The notes under the pieces were generated by a model, which saw only the letters and a program-made list of their open reading frames with translations, made no database searches and was not told the DNA's origin. 64,000 nucleotides of DNA, taken from an uncultured delta proteobacterium. Lineage in GTDB: Bacteria > Desulfobacterota > Binatia > UBA9968. Positions 30,579 to 43,671 of the stretch are shown one piece after another (position 1 is the stretch's first letter; each line of letters begins with the position of its first letter). Both the position numbers and the translations under genes were made by a program. Where the stretch lies: contig CAWFJP010000003.1 in NCBI GenBank assembly GCA_963816145.1, positions 448,001 to 512,000 on the forward strand. The letters are read 5' to 3'.

Positions 30579-31394
30579 ATGGATCTAAAAAAATTAACCG
30601 CTAGTGTATTTGTCAGTGCGGCACTCGTAGCCAACGTCGCGGGGAATCTCAGCTATGCCCAGCCGGCGAAAGAATTTCAGCCGGAAGTCGGCCAGGCCGG
30701 CAAAGATGTCGTCTGGGTACCGACGCCGCAGGCGCTCGTCGACAAAATGTTGGAGATGGCCAAAGTCACACCTAAAGACTACGTAATCGATCTCGGCTCC
30801 GGTGACGGCCGCACCGTCATTACCGCCGCCAAGCATGGCTCGAAAGCTCTCGGCATCGAATACAACCCCGACATGGTCGAGCTGTCGAAAAAGAATGCTG
30901 CCAAAGAAGGCGTGAGCGACAAAGCGAGCTTCATGAAGGCCGACTTGTTCGAGAGCGATTTCTCCCAAGCGCAGGTCATCACCATGTTCCTGCTGCCGAG
31001 CATCAACTTGAAGCTAAGGCCCAAGATCCTTGATTTGAAGCCCGGCACGCGCATCGTGTCGAACTCCTTCGACATGGAAGATTGGAAGCCGGACCAGACC
31101 GAACGGGTCGAAGGCTGCACCAACTGGTGCACCGCCCACCTTTGGATCGTCCCGGCCAAAGTCCAGGGCACCTGGAAAACCGCCGCGGGCGAGATCGCGC
31201 TCAAACAGACATTTCAAAACATCACCGGCACGATCAAAAACGGCAATGTCGTCACGCCGATCAACGGCAAGCTGAACGGCGAGCAGATCAGCTTTTCCGG
31301 CGCCGGCGTTCAATACACTGGCCATGTTCAGGGCAATAACATGGAACTCAACGGCGGCAGCGCCAAAATCAACGCCACCCGGGCCGCGAAGTAA
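30579..31394 (+). CDS. Class I SAM-dependent methyltransferase with predicted signal peptide, copy 2
   Basis: Core nearly identical to copy 1; AAGGAGG RBS before ATG 30579; signal ending SYA-QP. Confidence 0.85.
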   Translation: MDLKKLTASVFVSAALVANVAGNLSYAQPAKEFQPEVGQAGKDVVWVPTPQALVDKMLEMAKVTPKDYVIDLGSGDGRTVITAAKHGSKALGIEYNPDMVELSKKNAAKEGVSDKASFMKADLFESDFSQAQVITMFLLPSINLKLRPKILDLKPGTRIVSNSFDMEDWKPDQTERVEGCTNWCTAHLWIVPAKVQGTWKTAAGEIALKQTFQNITGTIKNGNVVTPINGKLNGEQISFSGAGVQYTGHVQGNNMELNGGSAKINATRAAK

Positions 31395-31411
31395 TCAATC
31401 CAAGTGACACG

Positions 31412-31452
31412 AAAAAAGACGCGCACTCCCGAAAGGTGCGCGTCTTTTTTTT
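31412..31452. terminator. Bidirectional rho-independent terminator
   Basis: aaaaaagacgcgcac-tcccgaaag-gtgcgcgtctttttttt between convergent genes. Confidence 0.85.
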
Positions 31453-31478
31453 CCAATGGACTGCGACTTTTTATGATC

Positions 31479-31547
31479 GTCACCCCGGTGAAAACCGGGG
31501 TCCATCCCATTCCCCTCAACCTGGATACCGTCTTTCGACGGTATGAC
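31479..31547. repeat. REP-like doublet (variant)
   Basis: gtcaccccggtgaaaaccggggtcca ... tggataccgtctttcgacggtatgac. Confidence 0.72.
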
Positions 31548-31616
31548 GGATACTGCCCGTCATGTGGATCCGCACTTTTGCGGCAGCAACGCGCGTCACA
31601 ATTAAGCCGTTTACCC

Positions 31617-32009
31617 CTACCCGACCTTCGCTCCAGGCCCGGCATAAATCTCCAGCTTATTGCCATCCGGGTCGAGGAAGTACGCCTGCGGCCCCCAGAA
31701 CACGCCGGTATTGCGGTCTTCAATATTGAACACTTCGACACCATGCTGGCGCAGATGGTCGATGGACGACTGGAACTCCTCCGGCTTCACCCTGAACGCG
31801 TGATGCACCGGCGTGCTCTTGTTGGTGTCGTATTTGAGCGGTTCGTCGCCCTTGGCAAGGATCAAGTAGTCGTCGCCGGTTTGGAGAAACACCATGCGCG
31901 GCGATTGCTCGACGACTTTCAGGTTGAGCACGCCTTCATAGAACTGCCGGCTGCGATCGAGATCGGTTACCGCCAGACTGAAATGCAGCATGCCTTGGGT
32001 CTTCAGCAT
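31617..32009 (-). CDS. VOC/glyoxalase family protein
   Basis: HFSLAVTDLDRS..FY, HHAFRV, YFLDPDGNKLE. Confidence 0.88.
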   Translation of the reverse strand: MLKTQGMLHFSLAVTDLDRSRQFYEGVLNLKVVEQSPRMVFLQTGDDYLILAKGDEPLKYDTNKSTPVHHAFRVKPEEFQSSIDHLRQHGVEVFNIEDRNTGVFWGPQAYFLDPDGNKLEIYAGPGAKVG

Positions 32010-32031
32010 CTTCGCTTTCCTCCCTTATCCC

Positions 32032-32057
32032 GTCATTCCGGTGCAAACCGGAATCCA
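32032..32057. repeat. Single REP-like unit
   Basis: gtcattccggtgcaaaccggaatcca. Confidence 0.7.
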
Positions 32058-32080
32058 TCTTAAGATCTTTCCCAGCGACG

Positions 32081-33121
32081 TCAATCCTCCACCACCTGCA
32101 CCGCTGCCTCGACGCCGTTGCGCTTGAGGATCTCGACATACTCGCGCTGGATCGCCGGATCTTCGTCGGCCATTGGAATCATCGTCCAGGCCGGATTGCG
32201 AAATCGGTCATGGCTGTATTTGGGACTATCGCCGCGCATGGCGAAGTGGCGCATGTTGCCTTTGCCGGTATTGAAATGGCCATGCCACATGAGATCGTTG
32301 GGCGAGTAAACCGTGCCGACTTTGAATTCATGGCGCTGGCGCTCCTCGCCATCCCGCCACAACACCACATAACCCTCGCCCTGGGTGATGATGATCACCG
32401 CCCCTGGCCCGTGCCGATGAAAGGTGCTGCGGCAACCGGGCGGAAACTCGGACACATGACAGCCGTAAGTCGTATCCGCCAGCGTGTAGCGCATATGCTT
32501 GACGTTCTTGCCCTTCATCGGAAAGTCGTCGAGAGGGAAATGATTGACGTCCGGCACCAAGTTGGTCTCCCAGTAGCGGTCGGTGACATGCTTGTTGTAA
32601 CGCAAAAACTCGTCGCCCTCATGAAAGCGGTCGCGGAAATTGAACGGATTACGGAAAATAAAATCCTCGTTGTGAAAGATATTGATCATCGCCGGGCAAG
32701 TCGTGCCGACAAACAAACGGATTGGCTCGCTGCCCGAACCATTGAAGTGGATATAGGTGGAATTTAGCGGGATCGCAAAGATCGCCCCCGGCCCCCATTC
32801 GAACGTGACTTTGGACTTCTCGTCCTGCCACACCGAGGTCGCGCCGCGCCCTTTGGCGACATAAACGATCTCCTCGAATAAATGGCGCTGCGGCAAAGTC
32901 TGGCTGCTCGGCGGGATCTCGCAGACGTAAGCGTCGGTGCGCTGCTGATTGGAAAGGTTGAGATAGCAGCCCAACACCCCCATGCGCTCCCATTTGCCCA
33001 GCTCGAGGGTGGTCACGTCATTGACAACATTGCCCCTGACAATAGGAATACCTTCCTTTTGCAGCAATAGATCGTACGGCGTCGGGCCAAAATCCAAATG
33101 TTCGCGAAACGGTAATAGCAT
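32081..33121 (-). CDS. Bicupin (cupin-domain) protein
   Basis: QRHLFEEIVYVAKGRG, FHRHGPGA, WHGHFN. Confidence 0.8.
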   Translation of the reverse strand: MLLPFREHLDFGPTPYDLLLQKEGIPIVRGNVVNDVTTLELGKWERMGVLGCYLNLSNQQRTDAYVCEIPPSSQTLPQRHLFEEIVYVAKGRGATSVWQDEKSKVTFEWGPGAIFAIPLNSTYIHFNGSGSEPIRLFVGTTCPAMINIFHNEDFIFRNPFNFRDRFHEGDEFLRYNKHVTDRYWETNLVPDVNHFPLDDFPMKGKNVKHMRYTLADTTYGCHVSEFPPGCRSTFHRHGPGAVIIITQGEGYVVLWRDGEERQRHEFKVGTVYSPNDLMWHGHFNTGKGNMRHFAMRGDSPKYSHDRFRNPAWTMIPMADEDPAIQREYVEILKRNGVEAAVQVVED

Positions 33122-33198
33122 CGCTGGTTCTCCCCATTAGTCTCGTATCTCATAGCACGACGCGAGGCAACGATCACTCAAATCGACCGATGATGTTT

Positions 33199-33261
33199 AA
33201 TTCTCCATTATCAATTCTCCATTTTCCATTCCTCCCTCCTGTTGCCTAATGCCTATTGCCT
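33199..33261. repeat. Heptamer tandem repeats (ATTCTCC-like x4, TGCCTAW x3)
   Basis: aattctccattatcaattctccattttccattc; tgcctaatgcctattgcct. Confidence 0.65.
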
Positions 33262-33277
33262 CTCCTATATTCCGCCA

Positions 33278-33676
33278 ATGAAAGATAGCCTCTGTCCCGG
33301 TCTCACCCGAACCGCGTCCTATCAAACCACCATCGATATGCGCGCGCGCCAGCTCAAAGCCGATGTTTTCTCGACGCCGTCGATGATTAGCTTGATGGAA
33401 CGAACCTGCACGGAGCTTACAGAACCCTATCTCGATGACAATGAACAGACTGACGGCATTCACATCGACGTGCGCCACTTGGCATCGACGCGCATCGGCC
33501 AAGGCGTCACCATGAACGTCGAGATCATCGAGGTCAAAGGCCGCAAGATCCGCTATGCCATCGACGCCTACAACGACGCCGGCGTGAAGATCGGCGCGGG
33601 CACCCAATGGCGCGCGGTTGTCGACACCCAGCGCTTCGCCGGTGGGATCGACCGGGAGGCTGACTCTGCGGGCTAA
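33278..33676 (+). CDS. Hotdog-fold thioesterase (fluoroacetyl-CoA thioesterase FlK-like)
   Basis: VFSTPSMISLME, G.HIDVRHLA.T.IG, IG.G...R.VV. Confidence 0.8.
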   Translation: MKDSLCPGLTRTASYQTTIDMRARQLKADVFSTPSMISLMERTCTELTEPYLDDNEQTDGIHIDVRHLASTRIGQGVTMNVEIIEVKGRKIRYAIDAYNDAGVKIGAGTQWRAVVDTQRFAGGIDREADSAG

Positions 33677-33817
33677 AAATACTCGGCACCTATCCCCCAC
33701 GGAGCCATGTCGGCGAGTGCCATGGTTCGAGCGGCGCCTTGGCGACAATGAATTCTTGTTGCACCAGTGCGCCCGAACGGCGTAGATTCCACCATCAGAC
33801 GAAACTAGGAGGTCTTC

Positions 33818-34378
33818 ATGAAGCTATTTACCTACCGGCCTTGACCCTACGCCCACCGGACAAGGATTGTCCTGGCGGAAAAGCATCTCCCCTATGAGAC
33901 CATCGAGTGCGATCTCAAGAACAAATCCAAGGAATTGCTCGAACGCAATCCCTACGGCAAAGTGCCGGTGCTGGAAGACGACGGCGCGGTAGTCTACGAG
34001 TCGGCGATCATCGACGAGTATCTCGAAGAAAAATATCCGGCGGTTCGCTTGATGCCGAGTGACCTGGCCGAGCGCGCCCGCGCGCGCATCTGGATCGACT
34101 ACTGCAATACCCGCCTGCAGCGCGCCGGCGGCTTCGTCGCCCATGATTACAAAGTCGAGCAGTCCAAAGCGGAGATCGTCGAGTATTTGAGATTTCTCGA
34201 CGCCCACATGCGCGGCCGCGACTATATCGCCGGCGAGTATTCGCTCGCCGATATCACTTTTATCCCGTTTTTCACCCGGCTTGACCGTTACCAAGCAACC
34301 GTTGGCGATGACCTGCCGAATGTCAAAGCATGGGTGAAACGGTTGTTGGATCGACCGGCGGTGCGAGAAACGCTATAG
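33818..34378 (+). CDS. Glutathione S-transferase family protein, probable selenoprotein (UPYA; Sec at TGA 33842-33844)
   Basis: AGGAGG RBS, then ATG AAG CTA TTT ACC TAC CGG CCT TGA CCC TAC GCC CAC CGG, in frame with ORF 33935-34378 (NPYGKVPVL, YES.II.EYLEE, YSLADI). Confidence 0.82.
33850..33877 (+). promoter_or_regulatory. Candidate bacterial SECIS hairpin
   Basis: CGCC-cacc-GGACAA-gga-TTGTCC-t-GGCG; the G-initiated apical loop starts after a 19-nt spacer from the UGA. Confidence 0.65.
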
Positions 34379-34424
34379 TCAATTGGAGTGATGTGGCTAC
34401 GCTAGACCGCTGGCCGCCAATTCC

Positions 34425-34505
34425 GTCATGCCGGTGAAAACCGGCATCCAGGGGGGAGTGGCGGGGCGGAATCGAAGCCTGGATTCCGGCCTCCGCCGGA
34501 ATGAC
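34425..34505. repeat. REP-like doublet
   Basis: gtcatgccggtgaaaaccggcatcca ... tggattccggcctccgccggaatgac. Confidence 0.8.
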
Positions 34506-34547
34506 AGACACGGGAATAACAAACATGAACGGAGACTTATTTCGATC

Positions 34548-35536
34548 ATGGTTAGTTTCTTGGGATTACTAATTTTCATTTCATTGTTGGAGCGCCAGCA
34601 AACCTAGTCCATGCCGCCACCAACCTGACGAAAGTCCTCCTCACTACCGGCTCGGTGAGCGAGCGCGAAGCGGCCGTTTACGTCGCCCAAGAACAGGGCT
34701 ACTTCCGCAAATACGGTGTCGAAGTCCACTTCGTCCAGACGCGCAACGGTCCGGTGGGCATGGCGGCGCTCAGTTCCGGCGAGTCTCAGTTTCACTGGGG
34801 CTCGGTAACCGGCGCCAACCTCGGCGCCATCGCCGAAGGTGCCGATATCGTATTCGTCGCCGGCTTCATCAATCGCCTAACCGGCATGTTCATGGCCAAC
34901 CCCAAGATCAAGACCCCTGCGGAGTTGCGCGGCAAGAGCGTCGGCGTCAACAGTCTCAGCGGCGGCGGCTGGATCTTTTCCATGCTGACATTGGACCATT
35001 GGGGCCTATCGCCGGAGCGCGACAAGATCCAGTTCCGTTCCCTCGGCGATCAAAGCGTCATGGTCCAGGGGCTCATGGCGGGCACTGTCGACGCCGCCCT
35101 GGTCGGCTACGCCCATGGGAGAAATTTGCAGAACAAAGGCTACACAGTGCTCGCCGATGTGGAAAAGCTGCCGATTCCTTACCAAGGCTCAGGATTGATG
35201 TCGCGACGCAACTTCATGCGCGCTCAACCGGCGGTGGCGGAAAGTGTCTTTCGCGGCTTGATCGACGCCGTCAATTTTATCCGTAATCCGGCCAATAAGG
35301 CCGAAGTGATGCGCGCCGTCGCCAAGGGCATGCGCTTGGCAAAAGTGGAAGACGCCGAGGAAGGCTACAAAAGCCTGCCGACGATATACGACCAGAAAAT
35401 TTACCCCAGCGTCGACGGCATCCGCAATGTCATCCGTCTGCTTGGCACGACCAATGAAAAGATTCGCAAATTGAAGGCAGAAGATCTGATCGAAGATGCC
35501 GTGCTCAAGAAGCTCGAAAAGGAAGGCCGGTTCTAA
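34548..35536 (+). CDS. ABC substrate-binding protein, SsuA/NMT1-like; probable frameshift in the signal-peptide region (~34575-34585)
   Basis: GYFRKYGVEV, ELRGKSVGV; the main frame extends upstream (IVGAPANLVHAA) without a start, while MVSFLGLLIFI begins at 34548 in another frame. Confidence 0.72.
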
Positions 35537-35571
35537 AGCTCTACTCGCAAAATCGATGCTGTCACTCGTTC

Positions 35572-35652
35572 GTCATTCCGGCGCAGGCAGGAATCCAGGT
35601 TTTCTTCGAGTTCGCGAAAACCAAGATGGATGCCGGCCTGCGCCGGCATGAC
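35572..35652. repeat. REP-like doublet
   Basis: gtcattccggcgcaggcaggaatcca ... tggatgccggcctgcgccggcatgac, between convergent genes. Confidence 0.8.
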
Positions 35653-35659
35653 ACCCCGC

Positions 35660-36857
35660 TCAATTCACGAATTCGATCACGTCCAGGCCACGTTCCTTAT
35701 CCGTGACCCACAGTAAACCGCGGTGGTCCTTGACGACGTCGTTGGTCAGCGGCGCCGCCACCCCATCGCCTGGTTTCGGAATGAAGTATCCGCGCTCCTT
35801 GGGGTTCTCCGGGTCGTTGATGTCGATAATACGCAAACCGCCGGCGAACCAGGTGACGTAAAGCAGATTGTCCGCGTCCACCCGCTCACGTAATTGATGG
35901 GTGCCAAAGCGTACCTTATCAGCCGGATACGGCGTCGCTGACTCGGCCAAATAACGGGTGTGAAGCAGCTTCGGTTTCGTCGGATCACTGACATCCCAAG
36001 TCCGTAGCGGCCCGTGCGGCTTGCCGGTATCGGCGCCACGGTGGGTGCGTTCTTCCTCCGTCGAGACAGCGATGCGCTTACCGCCGATGGCATGGGGAAC
36101 TTTGAGAAAGGTGTGGGTCGGCTCCGGGCAAGGCGGGTCATATTGCACTGCATCGTAATGCGACAACGTGCGCGGCGCCATGATGTCACTGACATCAATG
36201 ATCGCGACGCCCGACATCCAGCAGCCAGCATACATTTCGTTGCCGCAGCGCATGGCATGGTGCAATCTGTGCTCGGCATGCTTCGGGTGCGGTGCGTCGC
36301 CGCCGGCGACATGCTGCCCCTGCATCCACCAACGGGAGACTTCCACCGGTTTCACCGGGTTGCGGATGTCATAGATGACTAGAATATTGCCGACGAATCC
36401 TTCCATCTCCGTGGAGATATAAGCGTAGTTCTCGTCGCAATCGAAGCGATGCACACCCTTGCCATGGGTTTTCACGAAGGTGATGAGCTTAGGATTTGTC
36501 CTGTCTTTGATATCGTAGATCCGAAAGCCGCCGTCGGGATAATCCCCGTGTTGACCGGGACCGCGCTCGAACTCGGAGTTGACCAGCATCAGAGTCGCCG
36601 ACCACACGCACCTTGTGCGAGTGCGACCAGGGGTGGTTTGGCATCAGCGTGCTGACGACCTTCGGCTTGCGTGGATCGGCAATGTCGAGGATCGTCGTTC
36701 CCTGGACCCGGTGTTGATGGCCGACATAGGCATAATTCTTATCAAGGACGATCTGCCCGCCGCCCTCAAGCTCCATCCGGCTAAGATGGCGAATATTCGC
36801 CGAACCGCGCGGCGCGTTGCCGCTGTCGCTTTCCGCTGTGGCCAAAACTTCATTCAT
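35660..36857 (-). CDS. LVIVD-repeat beta-propeller protein, split by a 1-nt insertion near 36593
   Basis: Repeated YAY..G..I.DI.DP..P units; HSHKVRVVGD continues as LMLVNSE in the next frame. Confidence 0.75.
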
Positions 36858-37075
36858 GTTACACCTCCATTTGCAGCCGCGGTCTCTAGCGGCGATGCCT
36901 TATAACAAGTCAATTTGCGTGTTTCGCGTCGTTCGCAGATTACAATTATCCGCTTCGGAACATCAACCGCTTGCAGATAATTCTCGGCTTGCGGCCCTTC
37001 TGCTGACTTCCTTTCAATCTCGTCCGGCCCGCTCGTGGCCCTTGACACCTGTAGCATATAGGCTACACTCCGCCC

Positions 37076-37363
37076 ATGCGCGTGAGAATGACCGAAGTCT
37101 ATCAAGACTGGATCAATTCTCTGAGAGATCGGGTCGCCCGCGCTCGTATCCAGGTTCGCGTCGATCGTTTAGTCCACGGCAACCCAGGACAATACCGAAA
37201 TCTGACCGACGGCGTCTGCGAATTGAAAATGGATTTCGGTCCCGGCTATCGCGTCTACTACACGGAGCGGGCCGGCGCCTGCGTCATATTGCTTGCCGGC
37301 GGCGACAAATCGACGCAGCAACGAGACATCAAAACCGCGATTGCCTTAGCTAAAAACCTTTGA
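37076..37363 (+). CDS. Type II toxin, RelE/ParE superfamily (addiction module killer, HI1419-like)
   Basis: RL..GNPG, GVCELKMDFGPGYRVYY, LLAGGDKSTQQRDI. Confidence 0.88.
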   Translation: MRVRMTEVYQDWINSLRDRVARARIQVRVDRLVHGNPGQYRNLTDGVCELKMDFGPGYRVYYTERAGACVILLAGGDKSTQQRDIKTAIALAKNL

Positions 37364-37373
37364 AGGGACTGCC

Positions 37374-37691
37374 ATGCGAAAGAAAACCGCCAAAGCCACT
37401 GCGAAAACCAAGACCGTTCCCTACGACGTAGCCAACCAGTTGCGCACACCCGAGGAAATGGCTGCGTATCTGGACGCGTGGCTCGCCGATGCGCCCGACG
37501 ACGCCGCCGGGATCGCCCGCGCCCTCGGGGACATCGCCCGTGCCAAGGGCATGTCGAAAGTAGCGCGCGATACCGGTCTAAGCCGGGAAAGCCTTTATAA
37601 GGCGCTAAGCGACACCGGCAACCCAAGCTTTGACACCGTGCTGAAAGTCGCCAGAGCGCTCGGATTACGCCTGCACGCAGAGGCGGCTTAG
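37374..37691 (+). CDS. Addiction module antidote, HTH protein (HI1420-like)
   Basis: [47 protein letters not shown]. Confidence 0.88.
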   Translation: MRKKTAKATAKTKTVPYDVANQLRTPEEMAAYLDAWLADAPDDAAGIARALGDIARAKGMSKVARDTGLSRESLYKALSDTGNPSFDTVLKVARALGLRLHAEAA

Positions 37692-37713
37692 CGCTCGATG
37701 AGCGCGTCGACTT

Positions 37714-40786
<3,073 letters not shown>

Positions 40787-41854
40787 GCCTCGATGATCGC
40801 CTTGCGAATATCGCCCTCGCCCGACTGGTTGGACGACATCGAGCCATTGGCGAGGACAAACCCTGCGAGTCCGGTGGGCGCGAGGTGGTGGATGAAGTGT
40901 TGCACCCAGGCGTAGTTGGCGTTGCGCAGCGGGCGGCGTGCCGTAGACCCAGCGCTTATCGTTCTTGAGCAGTTCGCCGCGCCAGTCGCTGTCGTTGAAC
41001 GGCGGATTGGCCAACACGTAGTCGGCCTTTAAATCTGGATGCGCGTCGTTGTGAAAGCGTATCGCCATGGCCGATCTGCGCATCGATGCCGCGGATGGCG
41101 AGGTTCATCTTGGCCAGGCGCCAGGTCGTGTAATTGCTCTCCTGGCCGTAGATCGAGATATCGCCGAGCTTGCCGCTGTGCGACTCGATGAACTTCTCGC
41201 TGCTGACGAACATGCCGCCCGAGCCGCAGCAGGGATCGTAGACGCGGCCCTTGTACGGCGCGAGCATTTCGACCAGCACGCGCACGACACTCGACGGCGT
41301 GTAGAACTGCCGCCGCTCTTGCCATCGGCACTGGCGAAGCGCGAAAGAAAATATTCGTAGACGCGCCCCAGCGTATCCTTGGCGCGATCGGCCGCGCTGC
41401 CGAGCGCGATGTCGCTGACGAGATTGATGATCTGGCCGAGCCGCTGCTTATCGAGTCCGGGCCGGGCGAAATCCTTCGGCAACACGCTCTTGAGCGACGG
41501 GTTGTCGCGCTCGATCGCCGTCATTGCATCGTCAACTAATGTGCCGATGGTCGGCTGGGGCGCGTTCGCTTTTAGATACGACCAACGCGCTTCCTTCGGC
41601 ACCCAAAAAATGCTGGCGGCGCGGTACTCGTCCGGATCTTCCGGCTCGGCGCCCTGCGCCCTCTGCGCTTCAAGCTCGGCGTGCTTGGCCTCGAAGGCGT
41701 CGGAAATGTATTTGAGAAAAATCAGGCCGAGGACGACATGCTTGTACTCCGCCGCGTCCATGTTGTTGCGCAGCGCATCGGCCATCTGCCAGAGCTTCGC
41801 TTCATAGCCGAGATTGGCGGCGCTGTCGTTCTTCGTAGATGTCGGTCTTGCCAA
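40787..41854 (-). pseudogene. hsdM: Type I restriction-modification methyltransferase subunit M, frameshifted and C-terminally truncated
   Basis: [56 protein letters not shown], then a jump into HsdR sequence. Confidence 0.85.
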
Positions 41855-41901
41855 TAACCACCTCTGTTGCGAATCTGACCTAAGGTGTGGGACGAATCCA
41901 G

Positions 41902-42894
41902 CTAAATCTTGAACGCCTCCACCGTCTCCCGGGCGAACAATTCATCCAAAACTAAGCTTCTGCTTGGTCAAGCCCTTGCTCGAACAGATAGCCGTTCAAC
42001 GTTTCGAGATTGTGGCGGTTGGGCTCCAGACCATAGGGCCAGTAGTCTGTCGACATCAGCGCGGCAGTGTCTTCGAACTCGGCTGAAGTCCAGGGCAGAG
42101 CTACGCGCAGGATATTGGTGTCGTAGAGATCGCGCATGCAGATTTCTTTCGACGCGCAGAAGGCTTTGTATAACGTCTGCGCCACCCAGGGGTCTTTCTC
42201 GTAGATCGACCGCTTGATCACCAGGACATGCATGATCGGAAACAGGCCGGTAGTTTTGAAAGTAATCCATCTCGACCTGCCGGTAGTTGGGGAACAAACG
42301 CTTCACTTTGGGCGAGCCCTGGAGAAAACAGGTCGGCATGCGCGGCGACATCATGGCGTCGATCTCGCCGTTTTCGATCATGACATTCAGCGTCGTGTCG
42401 GGGCGGCTTTCCATGGTCACGCCCGCCGGCATCTCGAAGTCGACCCGGTCCTTGCGTCCGGGATGCTCCTCGCCCGCCTGCACCCAATGAATCGCCGACG
42501 GCGGCACGCCGTACTCATGCTCGAACATGCCGCGCAGCCACACCGCCGCGGTCATGGAATACTCCGGCACGCCCATGCGCCGGCCGCGCAGGTCTTGAAC
42601 GGATTTGATCCCCGAATCGGTGTTGACGAAGATGCAGCGATGGCGAAAGGTCCGCGACGGAAACACCGGGATCGCGACAAACGGCCGGCGCCCGCGCGAC
42701 GCCGCGGTCAGAAACGCGCCCATGGATAGTTCGGAAACGTCGAACTCCTCGTACTTCATCATGCGCCAGAAGATTTCCTCCACCGACATGACCATATAAT
42801 TGAGCTCGATGCCCTCGGGTTTGACGATGCCGTCTTTGAGCGGGCGCATGCGGTCGTAGTCTTCGCAAGCCAGGGTGAGATGGAGATTCTTCAT
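41902..42894 (-). CDS. 4,5-dihydroxyphthalate decarboxylase-like / periplasmic-binding-fold protein; frameshifts near 42255 and 41960
   Basis: [41 protein letters not shown]; C-terminal part ([16 protein letters not shown]) lies in another frame; ends EAFKI-TAG. Confidence 0.72.
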
Positions 42895-43565
42895 TTGCCG
42901 CGCTTTCTAATCGTGTTCTTTGTCGCTTGGGCTCGAGCGACCAGCTTGACGAACTGTTGCATCTCTTTGACCAACACCTTCTTGCCTTTGCCTGTGAGCA
43001 AAGCGCCAAGGTACGCGCTGCCGAGACAGATGCCGGTGACGCCGACTCGAACGTACTCTTGAACGTTTTTCAGGTTCACGCCTCCGGACACCATGAAGCG
43101 CACTTCGGGAAACGGCCCCTGCATCTGGCGAATGAAATAAGGCCCGCCGGCCAAGTCCGCGGGAAATATTTTGACCAAGTCGGCATGAGCCCGCTGCGCC
43201 GCGATGATCTCGGTCGGCGTCGCCGCGCCGGGGAAACAAGCGATGCTAGCCGCATGGCAAAGGCCGACTAGGTTCAGCTCCAACGAAGGCGACACAATGA
43301 ATTCGGCGCCGACGCCCATCGCCCGCTCCGCTTGCTGCGGCGCCAATACCGTCCCGGCACCGACGTGAATACCGCCGCGCCGGGTCAATTCTTTGATCAC
43401 GTCCAGTGCGCCGGGAACGCTGAAGGTGATTTCGACGAACTTGATGCCGCCGTCGGCTGCGGCGTTGGCCAGCGTAAGGGCGTCATCCGCGCTCTGCGAT
43501 CGCACGACGGCGACCAGGCGACTGGCGTGGAGTTCGGCAACCAGTTTGATTCTGTCAATGCTCAT
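42891..43565 (-). CDS. eda: KHG/KDPG aldolase family protein
   Basis: VEITF, VGAGTVL, AEFIVSP, PGAATPTEI, VKIFPA, GGVN. Confidence 0.87.
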   Translation of the reverse strand: MSIDRIKLVAELHASRLVAVVRSQSADDALTLANAAADGGIKFVEITFSVPGALDVIKELTRRGGIHVGAGTVLAPQQAERAMGVGAEFIVSPSLELNLVGLCHAASIACFPGAATPTEIIAAQRAHADLVKIFPADLAGGPYFIRQMQGPFPEVRFMVSGGVNLKNVQEYVRVGVTGICLGSAYLGALLTGKGKKVLVKEMQQFVKLVARAQATKNTIRKRGK

Positions 43566-43587
43566 CTTTCTGGATCCTGAACACTCG

Positions 43588-43652
43588 TTGTCATTTCGAG
43601 GCAAAGCCGAGAAATCTCTGCGAAGAGATCTCTCACTTCGTTCGAGATGACA
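43588..43652. repeat. REP-like palindromic pair (GTCATYTCGA family)
   Basis: ttgtcatttcgaggcaaagccgagaaatctc ... gagatctctcacttcgttcgagatgacaa. Confidence 0.72.
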
Positions 43653-43671
43653 ATTCGCAGGCGGCGTCTCA

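Noticed and set aside
33935-34378. 147-aa truncated GST or nonsense pseudogene, as given by the ORF track
   Set aside because: The upstream in-frame sequence with RBS restores a full GST N-terminus; the only interruption is a TGA at the catalytic Cys followed by a hairpin, so Sec recoding fits better
36860-37075. tRNA or att site at the edge of the TA/RM islet
   Set aside because: No cloverleaf, T-arm motif or direct repeat with the other border (about 41860-41900) could be seen
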